Origin: a bacterium | GTDB taxonomy: Bacteria; UBA8248 | Direction: 5' to 3' | Length of the DNA: 64,000 nucleotides | Assembly: GCA_965202625.1 (NCBI GenBank) | Contig: CBDBBI010000010.1 | Span: forward strand, 2,176,001-2,240,000 | Shown here: piece by piece, positions 54,739 to 64,000 of the stretch | Numbering within the stretch: the stretch's first letter is position 1 | Layout: each line of letters opens with the position of its first letter | Made by a program: the position numbers and the translations under genes | Notes under the pieces: model-generated | Seen by the model: only the letters and a program-made list of their open reading frames with translations | The model's database searches: none | Told to the model about the DNA's origin: nothing

Positions 54739-55749
54739 ATGTCAGCAACAAGCGGTTTCTTAAGAGTTTGGGGTTTGTTGGCGGTCATCGCCGCCATATG
54801 TTGCGCGTTCGTTTCGCAGCCCAGCGCCGCCCTAGTGGTGGACTCGAAATTGCCCGTCTATAAAGCCGCCAGCGGCGTTTCGGGGAACGTGAAGTCGGTG
54901 GGTTCGGATACGCTGAACAACCTGATGACCCTTTGGGCCGAGGGCTTCAAGCGCGCTTATCCAGACGTGCGAATCGAAATTGAGGGGAAGGGCTCCTCCA
55001 CGGCACCGCCCGCCCTTATCGCTGGAACTTCCAACTTTGGCCCGATGTCCCGCGCCATGAAGTCTAAGGAAGTGGACGCTTTCGAGAAGCGATTTGGCTA
55101 CAAGCCCGGCCGCATCCGCGTTGCGGTGGACGCCCTGGCCGTTTTCACGAACAAGGACAACCCTCTCAAGTGCCTGAGCCTACAGCAGGTTGACGCCATT
55201 TTCTCCAAGACCCGCAGGGGGGGTATGCGGACGAGCGTCGGCACTTGGGGTCAGGCGGGTCTCTCGGGCACGTGGGCGCGCAAGCCCATTTCCGTCTATG
55301 GTCGCAACTCCGCTTCAGGCACTTACGGCTACTTCAAAAAAGTGGCCCTCTTCAGGGGCGACTTCAAAGATTCCGTCAAAGAACAGCCCGGCTCCTCGGC
55401 AGTGGTCCAGGGGGTGGCTTCGGACAAGTTCTCCATTGGCTACTCTGGCATAGGGTATAAAACCGCAGACGTCGTCGTGCTCCCGATTTCCCGGAAGCCC
55501 GGCGCCAAATGCTATGCGCCTGAGGCGAAGGAAGCCTATTCGGGCAACTATCCAGTCGCGCGCTTCCTCTACGTCTACGTCAACAAGAACCCGAACCGGG
55601 CACTCGACCCCCTGCGGGCGCAGTTCATCAAATACATCTTCTCCAGGGCCGGTCAGCAGGCGGTCATCAAGGCGGGTTTCTTCCCCGTGAACTCGGCTAT
55701 CGCCGAGAGTGACCTGGGCGCTCTCCGCCTCGGACTGGGGAGCAACTAA
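54739..55749 (+). CDS. pstS: Phosphate ABC transporter substrate-binding protein
   Basis: SVGSDTL, GKGSSTAPPAL, GRNSASGTYGYF; AGAGGAG RBS. Confidence 0.93.
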   Translation: MSATSGFLRVWGLLAVIAAICCAFVSQPSAALVVDSKLPVYKAASGVSGNVKSVGSDTLNNLMTLWAEGFKRAYPDVRIEIEGKGSSTAPPALIAGTSNFGPMSRAMKSKEVDAFEKRFGYKPGRIRVAVDALAVFTNKDNPLKCLSLQQVDAIFSKTRRGGMRTSVGTWGQAGLSGTWARKPISVYGRNSASGTYGYFKKVALFRGDFKDSVKEQPGSSAVVQGVASDKFSIGYSGIGYKTADVVVLPISRKPGAKCYAPEAKEAYSGNYPVARFLYVYVNKNPNRALDPLRAQFIKYIFSRAGQQAVIKAGFFPVNSAIAESDLGALRLGLGSN

Positions 55750-55840
55750 GGCAGGGGAATTTCCCTTCGTTATCGTGCAGCAGCGGGGGGCCGCGAGCCG
55801 ATTTGTCCCCCCGCCGCTTTCATTTTTGAAAACGAGAGAT

Positions 55841-58474
55841 ATGAGCGGCCGGCGAGCATTAGGCGAAGACGACGCAATCCAGGGTAAGCCCAGGCGCGCG
55901 CGAGATTTAAGCACGAGGCGTTCTGTTCGAATAATCGACAAGGTTGCCGGCAAGGTTATCGCCGTCGGCGGGCTGTTCGTGATTTTGGCCGTCCTCGGAA
56001 TTATGGTGTTTCTCATCGCCGTGACCCTGCCGCTTTTCGCTGGAGAGACGATAACCCACTCCGCCGCTTTTAGAATCACCCCTCCGGAGAGCCCTCTCCT
56101 CAGTGTTGAAGTGGATGACTACAACAGCGTGGCCGTTTTGATTTCAAAGGACGGGACTTTCACTTCCGTGCACGCGCCAACGGGAAGCCCTCTCACGAAG
56201 TGGAAACTGGATTTTGGGGGAGCGCGCGCGACCGCGTTCGCGCGAACGCTCAAGGATGGAAACGTCGCTTTCGGTTTTGTCGATGGAACGGTTCGTTTTG
56301 GAAAAATCCATTTTCGTGCAGAGGTGTTGCCCGCTGAGCGGGCGCCCAGAAGCCTCGCCAGGCTCAACAGTCGCGATTTTAGCGATGGGCGCTTTGTTTT
56401 CTCGAAAATTCCAGGTCAGCAGGTTCGGAAAATTTGGGTGGAGGTAGAGCTGGGAGACCCGCAACAGGTGGCGCCGAAGGGGACACCCATCGTGAACCTG
56501 GACTACAAGGTGGGGGGAACGCCTGAGCGCCCGAGCGTCTCCTTCGCCACGTTGGACGCCAATGGAGTGGCGCGCCTCAGCCTGACCCAGACGAGGGTCA
56601 ATCTTCTGACGGGGCTGACCACCCCATCCGTAGAGAGCGTGGTTCTGCCCGACTTGCCGCGTCGGACGCGCATTTTCGGAATTCTCCTCACGGAAAGAGC
56701 CGACGCGGTTTACATCGGCACAGAACGAGGAGTCCTCCTGCGTTACGATGCGAGAAATTTCAACGGTGTATCCCTCGTAGAAAAGCAAAACCTCCTTCCC
56801 GAGGATGAAAAATTGACGGTGTTCGATTTTCTCATTGGCGATGAATCCATCGTCGCGGGAGGCTCTAAAGGGTCTTTGAACGTCTTTTTCCGGATACGCC
56901 GACCGGGGGCGACGACGCCGGACGGCTTGGTGATGGCGCGCGCACGCAATCTCGAGAAACACGCCGCAGGAGTCTCGGGCTTCTCCGCGTCCCAGAGGAG
57001 TCGAATGTTCCTCACGCTGGATTTCGGCGGAGACGTTTGGCTGCGCCATTCCACGAGTGAGGCGACTCTGTTGCGGTTTCGGATGAAAGGTATGACAGAC
57101 GCCAGGCGCTTTGTCCGTCTCTCTCCCCGAGATGACGCGCTCATCACGGCGGATGAAAATGGCGTGATGCATTTTTGGAAATTCTCTGCCGAGCACCCCG
57201 AGACGACCTTTCAGACCTTGTTCGGAAAAATTTGGTATGAGGGCTATTCCAAACCTGAATACACATGGCAATCTTCTTCTGGAGACGATGCGTTCGAGGA
57301 GAAGATATCGCTTGTTCCTCTTATTTTTGGAACCATCAAGGGGACGGTCTACTCCTTAATTTTTGCGATACCCATCGCGGTTTTAGCCGCTATTTTCACC
57401 TCTGAGTTCGTCGGCCCGGAAATCCGATCCATCGTGAAGCCCGCTATGGAGATGATGGCCTCGTTGCCCTCGGTGGTGCTCGGTTTCGTGGCCGCCTTAA
57501 TCCTGGCCCCGATAGTGGAAACATGGATTGCCGCGGTTATCCTCACTTTCATGTTGATCCCTTTTCTGTTGTTGCTCTCGGCCTATCTATGGCAGTTGAC
57601 GCCGCCTCGAATCTCCCTCTCGCTGTCGGGATTTCCCAAAGTCGGCTTGATGTTCATCGTGATAGCTCTCGGATCGCTGCTCGCCTATCAGCTCGGACCG
57701 GGGTTCGAGAGATTTTTCTTTGGGGGTGATTTCAAGGCTTGGGCGAATGGGAACATCGGGTTGGCGACGCCGGTTTTGTTCCTCGTTTTCCTCCCCTTGT
57801 CTTTTGTGGCAGTCGCTTTTGTGACCGATCGGCTCTTTGGCTATGAATGGAAACAAAAGATGAGGCGGATGCCGCATTCCCGGGCCGCGTTTTTTGAACT
57901 CCTCCGCTGGTGTGGAATGCTCGCCGCTGCCGCCCTGCTGAGCTGGGGGACGGCCGCGGCGCTTACGATGCTCGGCTTCGACGCACGCGGCGGGGTAATC
58001 GACACTTATGTTCAGCGCAACTCCCTCGTCGTGGGCTTCGCGATGGGCTTTGCCGTCATTCCGCTCATCTACACCATCGCCGAGGACGCGCTCCATTCCG
58101 TGCCGAGCCACCTCAGGGCGGCGAGCCTCGCTTGTGGCGCGACGCCGTGGCAGACCGCCCTTTGGGTCATCTTGCCCACCGCGGCCAGCGGAATTTTCGC
58201 CGCAGTGATGATTGGCATGGGCCGCGCAGTGGGCGAAACCATGATTGTGGTCATGGCGGCGGGGAACACTCCGATTCTGGATTGGAACGTCTTCTCGGGA
58301 CTCAGAGCGCTTTCGGCGAACATCGCCGTGGAACTTCCCGAAGCCGTCAAGGACGGGACGCTCTACCGGGTGTTGTTCCTCGCGGCGCTCGTTCTCTTCG
58401 CGATGACGTTTATCGTCAATACGGTTGCGGAGGTGGTGCGCCTTCGCTTCCGGAAGCGCGCCGCGCAGCTGTGA
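55841..58474 (+). CDS. pstC: Phosphate ABC permease PstC, long form with a large beta-rich extracytoplasmic insertion
   Basis: LVPLIFGT, EMMASLPSVVLG, GRAVGETM, LSANIAVELPE. Confidence 0.88.
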   Translation: MSGRRALGEDDAIQGKPRRARDLSTRRSVRIIDKVAGKVIAVGGLFVILAVLGIMVFLIAVTLPLFAGETITHSAAFRITPPESPLLSVEVDDYNSVAVLISKDGTFTSVHAPTGSPLTKWKLDFGGARATAFARTLKDGNVAFGFVDGTVRFGKIHFRAEVLPAERAPRSLARLNSRDFSDGRFVFSKIPGQQVRKIWVEVELGDPQQVAPKGTPIVNLDYKVGGTPERPSVSFATLDANGVARLSLTQTRVNLLTGLTTPSVESVVLPDLPRRTRIFGILLTERADAVYIGTERGVLLRYDARNFNGVSLVEKQNLLPEDEKLTVFDFLIGDESIVAGGSKGSLNVFFRIRRPGATTPDGLVMARARNLEKHAAGVSGFSASQRSRMFLTLDFGGDVWLRHSTSEATLLRFRMKGMTDARRFVRLSPRDDALITADENGVMHFWKFSAEHPETTFQTLFGKIWYEGYSKPEYTWQSSSGDDAFEEKISLVPLIFGTIKGTVYSLIFAIPIAVLAAIFTSEFVGPEIRSIVKPAMEMMASLPSVVLGFVAALILAPIVETWIAAVILTFMLIPFLLLLSAYLWQLTPPRISLSLSGFPKVGLMFIVIALGSLLAYQLGPGFERFFFGGDFKAWANGNIGLATPVLFLVFLPLSFVAVAFVTDRLFGYEWKQKMRRMPHSRAAFFELLRWCGMLAAAALLSWGTAAALTMLGFDARGGVIDTYVQRNSLVVGFAMGFAVIPLIYTIAEDALHSVPSHLRAASLACGATPWQTALWVILPTAASGIFAAVMIGMGRAVGETMIVVMAAGNTPILDWNVFSGLRALSANIAVELPEAVKDGTLYRVLFLAALVLFAMTFIVNTVAEVVRLRFRKRAAQL

Positions 58475-58481
58475 GGGCGGA

Positions 58482-60305
58482 ATGAATACAGAAAAGCCCC
58501 AAAAGCCGGAGGACAGTCGAGCGGAGGAGATGTGGACTCCGCAAAAAGAATCGGGAAATGATGCGGCGTATTCTCCCCAAAAAGGAGAGGCCGTCGAAGG
58601 CGAAAAAGGCTCCCCCGGGACGGGCCTTCGGGCCGCGCTGGATTTCAAGGCCAGGGGCGAGCCCTTCATCTGGCTCATGGGCGGCGCGCTCGCCCTCGGC
58701 GTGTTGATGATCGTGGGCTTCCTCGCACTTGTCCTCTGGAACGGAATCGTGACTTTTTATCCTGGGCCGTTGCGTGTGGTGACGCTCAAAAACGGAGAGC
58801 GCATCGCCGGAGAGCCGTTTCGCTCGGAGCGTTTTCGTCCCTCTGACGAGCAGTTGAAGGGCCTCGACGCGCCATCCCGCCGTGCGATAAGGGAGGCGGA
58901 GGGATTTGCGAGCCGCACGCTGTACCGGATCGGAAATTTCGACCTCTACAACGAAGATTTCAAGTGGGCGGTTGAACATCAGATCGCCAAGAACGAGACG
59001 CCGCCAGGTGTATTTTTCGTCGAGCGCAGGGAATGGGGGCCGTTTATCGGTTTTGTCGAAGTTCTGGAGCTCGACGGGCGCCGCATCGCGGGCGAGAACA
59101 TGTCGCTGGAAGAATTGTTCGCCGCCCATGAGCAAGCACTTGATCGCAGAAACGCGATTCGGGCTATTGAGGTGGACGAGATAGGCGCCATCAACTACTA
59201 CATAGAAAAGGAGCGGCTCGCCTTGCGCCGCGCCGCGCTGGACTACGGGGAGAACAGCGAGAAGTATCGCGTCGAGAAAGCGAAGTTTGACCGGTGGGTG
59301 CGGGAGATGGGAAGGGGATTCTCGGCGCTCAAGAAAAGAATCGCCTCGATCAACGCCGAGGATGAAAGATACGCGATCACCTTGCGAGAAATTGGCGGCC
59401 GCGAGAAAAATTTACGGCTCTCCGAGGTGGTCCGCATCTATCCGCCGAATCGCCTTTCATTCGGGGGAAAAATCGGAGTCTATTTCTCCCGGTGGACGGA
59501 GTTTCTGACGGAAGATCCGCGGGAGGCGAATACGGAAGGCGGCGTTCTGCCGGCGATATTCGGCACCGTCCTGATGACGTTGCTCATGGTCGTCTTCGTT
59601 GCTCCCCTTGGCGTGATCACGGCCCTTTATCTGCGCGAATACGCCAAGCAGGGGACTCTGGTTTCCATTGTGCGTATCTGCGTGAACAATTTGGCGGGGG
59701 TGCCCTCCATCGTTTACGGTGTGTTTGGCCTCGGGTTCTTCGCCTACACCGTCGGTGTCAGAATCGACCAGTTGTTTTATCCGGAACGACTCCCCACCCC
59801 CACGTTTGGAACGGGCGGTCTTTTGTGGGCGTCTCTCACGCTTGCGCTCCTCACCGTTCCCGTGGTCATCGTGGCGACCGAGGAGGCGCTCTCTGCCGTC
59901 CCCCGCTCCATGCGGGAAGGCTCGCTCGCCTGCGGAGCTTCGAAATGGCAGACGATTCGGCACATCGTCCTGCCCCAGGCTATGCCGGGCATCATGACTG
60001 GCCTGATACTGGCGATGGCGCGCGGCGCGGGCGAGGTGGCACCACTCATGCTCGTAGGGGTTGTGAAGCTGGCGCCGGAACTTCCCTTCGATGGCTTCTT
60101 TCCGTTCCTCCACCTGGAGAGAAGCTTCATGCACTTAGGTTTCCACATTTACGATGTGGGCTTTCAGTCCCGAAACTCTGAGGCTGGAAAACCTATGGTG
60201 TTCGTCACGACGTTTCTTTTAATCGCGATCATCGCCTTCATGAACGCTTTCGCCATCGTGGTTCGCAACCGCCTTCGCCGAAAATTCGTAGAAGGTCAAT
60301 TTTAA
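58482..60305 (+). CDS. pstA: Phosphate ABC permease PstA, long form
   Basis: PREANTEGG, NLAGVPSIVYGVFGLG, ARGAGEVAPL. Confidence 0.92.
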   Translation: MNTEKPQKPEDSRAEEMWTPQKESGNDAAYSPQKGEAVEGEKGSPGTGLRAALDFKARGEPFIWLMGGALALGVLMIVGFLALVLWNGIVTFYPGPLRVVTLKNGERIAGEPFRSERFRPSDEQLKGLDAPSRRAIREAEGFASRTLYRIGNFDLYNEDFKWAVEHQIAKNETPPGVFFVERREWGPFIGFVEVLELDGRRIAGENMSLEELFAAHEQALDRRNAIRAIEVDEIGAINYYIEKERLALRRAALDYGENSEKYRVEKAKFDRWVREMGRGFSALKKRIASINAEDERYAITLREIGGREKNLRLSEVVRIYPPNRLSFGGKIGVYFSRWTEFLTEDPREANTEGGVLPAIFGTVLMTLLMVVFVAPLGVITALYLREYAKQGTLVSIVRICVNNLAGVPSIVYGVFGLGFFAYTVGVRIDQLFYPERLPTPTFGTGGLLWASLTLALLTVPVVIVATEEALSAVPRSMREGSLACGASKWQTIRHIVLPQAMPGIMTGLILAMARGAGEVAPLMLVGVVKLAPELPFDGFFPFLHLERSFMHLGFHIYDVGFQSRNSEAGKPMVFVTTFLLIAIIAFMNAFAIVVRNRLRRKFVEGQF

Positions 60306-60320
60306 TGGAGATGTATCGAG

Positions 60321-61151
60321 ATGTCGTTCAGCAAGACAATGGCTGATCCGCAGGTCGAATTCGAAGCCACGGCGTACCATCCCGTTGAAAGCGCGGAGGG
60401 GAGCGTTATCGATGTTGAAAAATTTAGCCTCTGGTATGGAGAGAAACAGGCGCTGTTCGACAACAGCCTGAAAATCCAGAAAGAGCTTGTCACCGCCCTG
60501 ATCGGTCCTTCCGGTTGCGGAAAATCTACGCTTCTGCGCTCGCTGAACCGGATGAACGACCTCATCGACGGTATTCGCCACGATGGAAAGATACGGATTG
60601 ACGGAAACGAGATTCACGATCCGCGTGTCGAGGTCATCGAGCTGCGAAAGCGTCTCGGCATGGTTTTCCAAAAACCGAATCCCTTTCCGATGTCCATATT
60701 TGAAAACGTCGTCTATCCCTTGCGAGTCGACGGGATTCGCGACAGGCGCGTGCTGGAGGAGACCTGCGAGCGCGTTCTTAGGGACGCGGCGCTCTGGGAT
60801 GAGGTGTCAGACCGCTTGCAGGACAACGCGCTTGGCCTCTCCGGAGGCCAGCAACAGCGCTTGTGCATCGCCCGGGCGATTGCCTCCGAACCCGAGATCA
60901 TCTTGATGGATGAGCCTTGCTCGGCGCTCGACCCGATCGCCACGGCCCGCATTGAGGATTTGATCGCGCAGCTCAAGGAGCATTTCTCCATCGTCATCGT
61001 GACGCACAACATGCAGCAAGCGGCCCGCGTCTCGGACAACACAGCTTTCATGTTTCTGGGACGATTGATCGAGTATGGAGATACGAAAAAGATTTTTATG
61101 AACCCCAGGCACGTCCGGACCTCTGATTACATCACCGGTCGATTCGGCTAA
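60321..61151 (+). CDS. pstB: Phosphate ABC ATP-binding protein
   Basis: [46 protein letters not shown]. Confidence 0.96.
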   Translation: MSFSKTMADPQVEFEATAYHPVESAEGSVIDVEKFSLWYGEKQALFDNSLKIQKELVTALIGPSGCGKSTLLRSLNRMNDLIDGIRHDGKIRIDGNEIHDPRVEVIELRKRLGMVFQKPNPFPMSIFENVVYPLRVDGIRDRRVLEETCERVLRDAALWDEVSDRLQDNALGLSGGQQQRLCIARAIASEPEIILMDEPCSALDPIATARIEDLIAQLKEHFSIVIVTHNMQQAARVSDNTAFMFLGRLIEYGDTKKIFMNPRHVRTSDYITGRFG

Positions 61152-61169
61152 GCGAAGGAGGAAATTGAC

Positions 61170-61853
61170 ATGGCGCTGACGAGCGGAAGAACACACACGA
61201 GCAAGGAGTTTGACAACGAACTCCAAGAGCTCCGCCGCCTTATTCTGGAGCTGGGCGCCAAGGTAGAGATGATGATGGCGAAAAGCATCGAAAGCCTTAC
61301 TCGGCGCGATTCCCAGGTTGCCCAGGCTATCATCGCAGAGGATGCGGAAGTCAACGAGCTCGAAGTTGACGTGAACGCTCTTTGCATACAGATGGTGGCG
61401 TTGAGACAGCCGACGGCGGTGGACCTTCGCTTTATCACGACGGGCCTGAAAATTGCTTCGGATCTCGAACGGGTGGGCGACTTGGCCGCCAACGTTTGCG
61501 AACGAGCACTGGAATTGAACGAGGAGCCTCCCCTCAAGCCCTATATCGAACTGCCCCGGATGGCTAGCGCCTCCAGCCAGATGCTGCGCGAGAGCTTGGA
61601 TAGTTTCATCAAGGAAGACGTGGCTTTGGCTCGAAAGGTCATCTCGAGCGATGATGAGGTGGACAACATGAACGAGGAGTTGTTCCGAGAGCTATTGACC
61701 TATATGCTGGATAACCCGCGCAACATCAGCCGAGCCACTCGCCTCACGTTCATCTCGAAATACCTAGAGAGAATCGCCGATCATGCGACGAACATCGCAG
61801 AGGCCGTCCTCTTCATGGTGGAAGGCCACAACCCGAGGCGAAGCCCGGAGTAG
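61170..61853 (+). CDS. phoU: Phosphate signalling complex protein PhoU
   Basis: [29 protein letters not shown]. Confidence 0.95.
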   Translation: MALTSGRTHTSKEFDNELQELRRLILELGAKVEMMMAKSIESLTRRDSQVAQAIIAEDAEVNELEVDVNALCIQMVALRQPTAVDLRFITTGLKIASDLERVGDLAANVCERALELNEEPPLKPYIELPRMASASSQMLRESLDSFIKEDVALARKVISSDDEVDNMNEELFRELLTYMLDNPRNISRATRLTFISKYLERIADHATNIAEAVLFMVEGHNPRRSPE

Positions 61854-62012
61854 TTCTTCTCATTCCCAATTCCCATCAATTTTCTTTGCGTCCAAGCAGG
61901 GTTTGCGGGTAGTATCCGTATCACGCCATCGCGGGTTTTGCATTCAAAGGATCGATTTGCTCAGAAATTCCCGGATGGAAAATTCGAGGAGAATTCCCGC
62001 GCGAAGAGGGAG

Positions 62013-62501
62013 TCAGTTCTGCGCCAGAATGCGCGGCCAGTTTTCGTCAGCGCGCTTGATGTGCCCGTCGGTATTCTCTTCCCAGAGCCTCTGAACGCCC
62101 TTGCTGTAATTCAAATAGAGTTTTCCCTCCACGATTTTCCATGCGTGGGGGTTGATGCTTGCGGTGTAGCCTTGGCTCACGGCGTATGCGCAATAGCCGC
62201 CATATTGGGGGGCATACTTCTGTGGGTTGGTGCGAAATAATTGGCGGTTTCGTGCGCTTGCAAAACGCCATGTGGCGTTTTTCCATTGGTGGGAAAAGGC
62301 TTTTTTTCCCTTTATGGGCTGATTCTCCGTGAAATAGGCCACCGGGTCATACCCTCGAATGGCCCCTCCAAGGAGGGTGGAGAAAACAGGGTATAAGGCT
62401 TCCACCGACGCCGGAAGGGCGAGCAAAAAAGCAGCGATCCATATGACCGTCATCACCCGGCGTTTGCGGGGGTCCTGTTTCAGTTTGCTCGTTTTGTGCA
62501 T
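62013..62501 (-). CDS. Secreted YHS-domain protein (Cys-containing form of the YHS (seleno)protein family)
   Basis: AIRGYDPVAYF, WRFAS, YAPQYGGYCAYAV, GKLYLNY; N-terminal signal peptide. Confidence 0.85.
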   Translation of the reverse strand: MHKTSKLKQDPRKRRVMTVIWIAAFLLALPASVEALYPVFSTLLGGAIRGYDPVAYFTENQPIKGKKAFSHQWKNATWRFASARNRQLFRTNPQKYAPQYGGYCAYAVSQGYTASINPHAWKIVEGKLYLNYSKGVQRLWEENTDGHIKRADENWPRILAQN

Positions 62502-62937
62502 ATCTTCAGCCAGCCACCCTTTGAAAAAGTTGGAGAACCGAGGAAATATCTTGCGGCCAAGAGGAGCGTATCGGCGTTGTGCACCGCGTGTCAACACTTG
62601 AAATATGGAGGCGATGCGTTGGGGGGCGGCGTGGAGGGCATGTAGCGCGACAAGAATCATTGCGAATGGCTTGGAAAACCCACCGTTTCAGGGGGCGGGA
62701 AAGGGCGTTGCGCGAGCGATGCAAGGGGGTTTCATTTTTGAGCCTCGCCATCGCGTTTTGACGATGGATTCAGGGCTGATGGCGTCGATCACTTGCCGCG
62801 ACCTGGGCGCATGAATTTCCATCATCCAAGTCAGATGTTGCATTCACGATTCACTCCCGAAGACGGAGGTGAAGAAATATCCGGATTCGGGCTAGAATGA
62901 CGCCGTCACGCGCATCCCTTGATGAAACGGGAAATCT

Positions 62938-64000
62938 ATGAATCAGGCGTTTGTCCGAGAAATAGACCCCATATCCCTTGAAGTGATAAATGAATCCTTC
63001 GTGGCCGTCGTACGAGAGATGCGGGCGAACATGGTGCGGACGGCGTATTCGTCCATCATCTATGAGGGGCATGATTTTTCATGCGTCCTCGTGGATGGCG
63101 AGGGGGGGCTCGTTGCTATGGCGGAGGATAATCCTGTCCATATTTTTCCGGTGCCGATGGAAGTCGCGCAGATGCGTAAACGCTTCTCCGGAGACGTCCA
63201 TCCGGGCGATGTGTTCATTCATAACGATCCCTACACGGGCGGAACGCACCTGAACGACGTGGCGATGGTCGCGCCCCTGTTTGATGGCGCGGAAACGACC
63301 ATCTCCCCCGTCATTCGCGCCCATTGGGGCGATGTGGGCGGCACTACTCCGGGAAGCATTTCCGGCAAGAATACCGAAATTCTCCACGATGGCGTTCGCA
63401 TACCCATACTGCGCATTATCGAAAGAGGAAAAATAAACCAGGGGATTCTTGACCTTCTCCTGCACAATATGCGGGTTCCCGATGAGAGGCGTGGAGATTT
63501 TTTCGCCATGTTGGCCACGTGCCATACAGCCCACAGGCGGCTTGAGGAGTTGGCGGCGAAGTATGGCTGGAGTGCCGTGCTCGCCGCGAAGGATCGTCTG
63601 CTCGATAGGGCCGAGGCTTCCATGCGTCGCAGAATCGCCTCTTTGCCTGATGGAGAATCCACCTATGAGCATTTCATGGATCACGACGGTCACTCGCTCG
63701 AGCCGATACGAATCAGCGTAAAACTCAAGAAATCAGGCGATGGTTTGGTGATTGATTTTCGTGGAACAGACGCGCAGACGAAGGGGGCATACAACGTTGG
63801 GCCCGCCATGGCACCATCCGCCGCTTTCAGCGTCATCAAGTCGTTCCTCGACCCAAAGGGCGCGATCAACCAGGGGGCTTTTCGTCCGCTCCGCATCGAA
63901 GTCGAGCCCGGCTCCTTGCTTTCGGCCCGTTATCCCGCGAGTTGCGCGGGTTCCATGGAGGTGAGCCACGCCGTGGTCTCCGCCTTGATTGGCGTAGCTG
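62938..64000 (+). CDS. Hydantoinase B/oxoprolinase family protein, running off the window end (absent from the ORF track)
   Basis: ATG 62938 reads MNQAFVREIDPISLEV...RTAYSSIIYEGHDFSC...HNDPYTGGTHLND...AHWGDVGG. Confidence 0.88.
   Translation, partial: MNQAFVREIDPISLEVINESFVAVVREMRANMVRTAYSSIIYEGHDFSCVLVDGEGGLVAMAEDNPVHIFPVPMEVAQMRKRFSGDVHPGDVFIHNDPYTGGTHLNDVAMVAPLFDGAETTISPVIRAHWGDVGGTTPGSISGKNTEILHDGVRIPILRIIERGKINQGILDLLLHNMRVPDERRGDFFAMLATCHTAHRRLEELAAKYGWSAVLAAKDRLLDRAEASMRRRIASLPDGESTYEHFMDHDGHSLEPIRISVKLKKSGDGLVIDFRGTDAQTKGAYNVGPAMAPSAAFSVIKSFLDPKGAINQGAFRPLRIEVEPGSLLSARYPASCAGSMEVSHAVVSALIGVA

Overview
Bacterial chromosomal window, mostly GC-rich, with a visibly more AT-rich stretch at about 22.5-33 kb. 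It contains a complete rrn operon (16S, tRNA-Ile, tRNA-Ala, 23S, 5S), hflKC, tadA followed by tRNA-Ser(CGA), a full phoBR-pstSCAB-phoU locus, a sugar-type ABC transporter, and many amide/N-heterocycle catabolic enzymes. Three things stand out. (1) Three probable selenoprotein genes are split by the ORF caller at in-frame TGA codons that sit at redox-Cys positions: an AhpD/CMD-like CxxU protein (2186-2863) with a clear SECIS-like hairpin, and a tandem pair of peroxiredoxin-like paralogs with UxxC (28482-28982) and UxxU, i.e. two Sec (29092-29619). (2) A 7.7-kb island without an integrase is inserted in tRNA-Ser and bounded by 31-bp direct repeats. It carries a tightly coupled five-gene operon: GrpE-like, non-canonical Hsp70, AAA+ ATPase, J-like protein lacking HPD, and a membrane peptidoglycan-binding protein. 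A DUF499-like remnant lies next to it. This is a candidate uncharacterised chaperone-based defence or stress system. (3) A cluster of NrdR-like and DnaA-like boxes lies between convergent genes at about 27.1 kb. Several pseudogenes (rbsK, an entire dpp/opp-like operon, defence remnants) indicate ongoing gene erosion. All product calls come from motif recognition by eye; no database searches were run.
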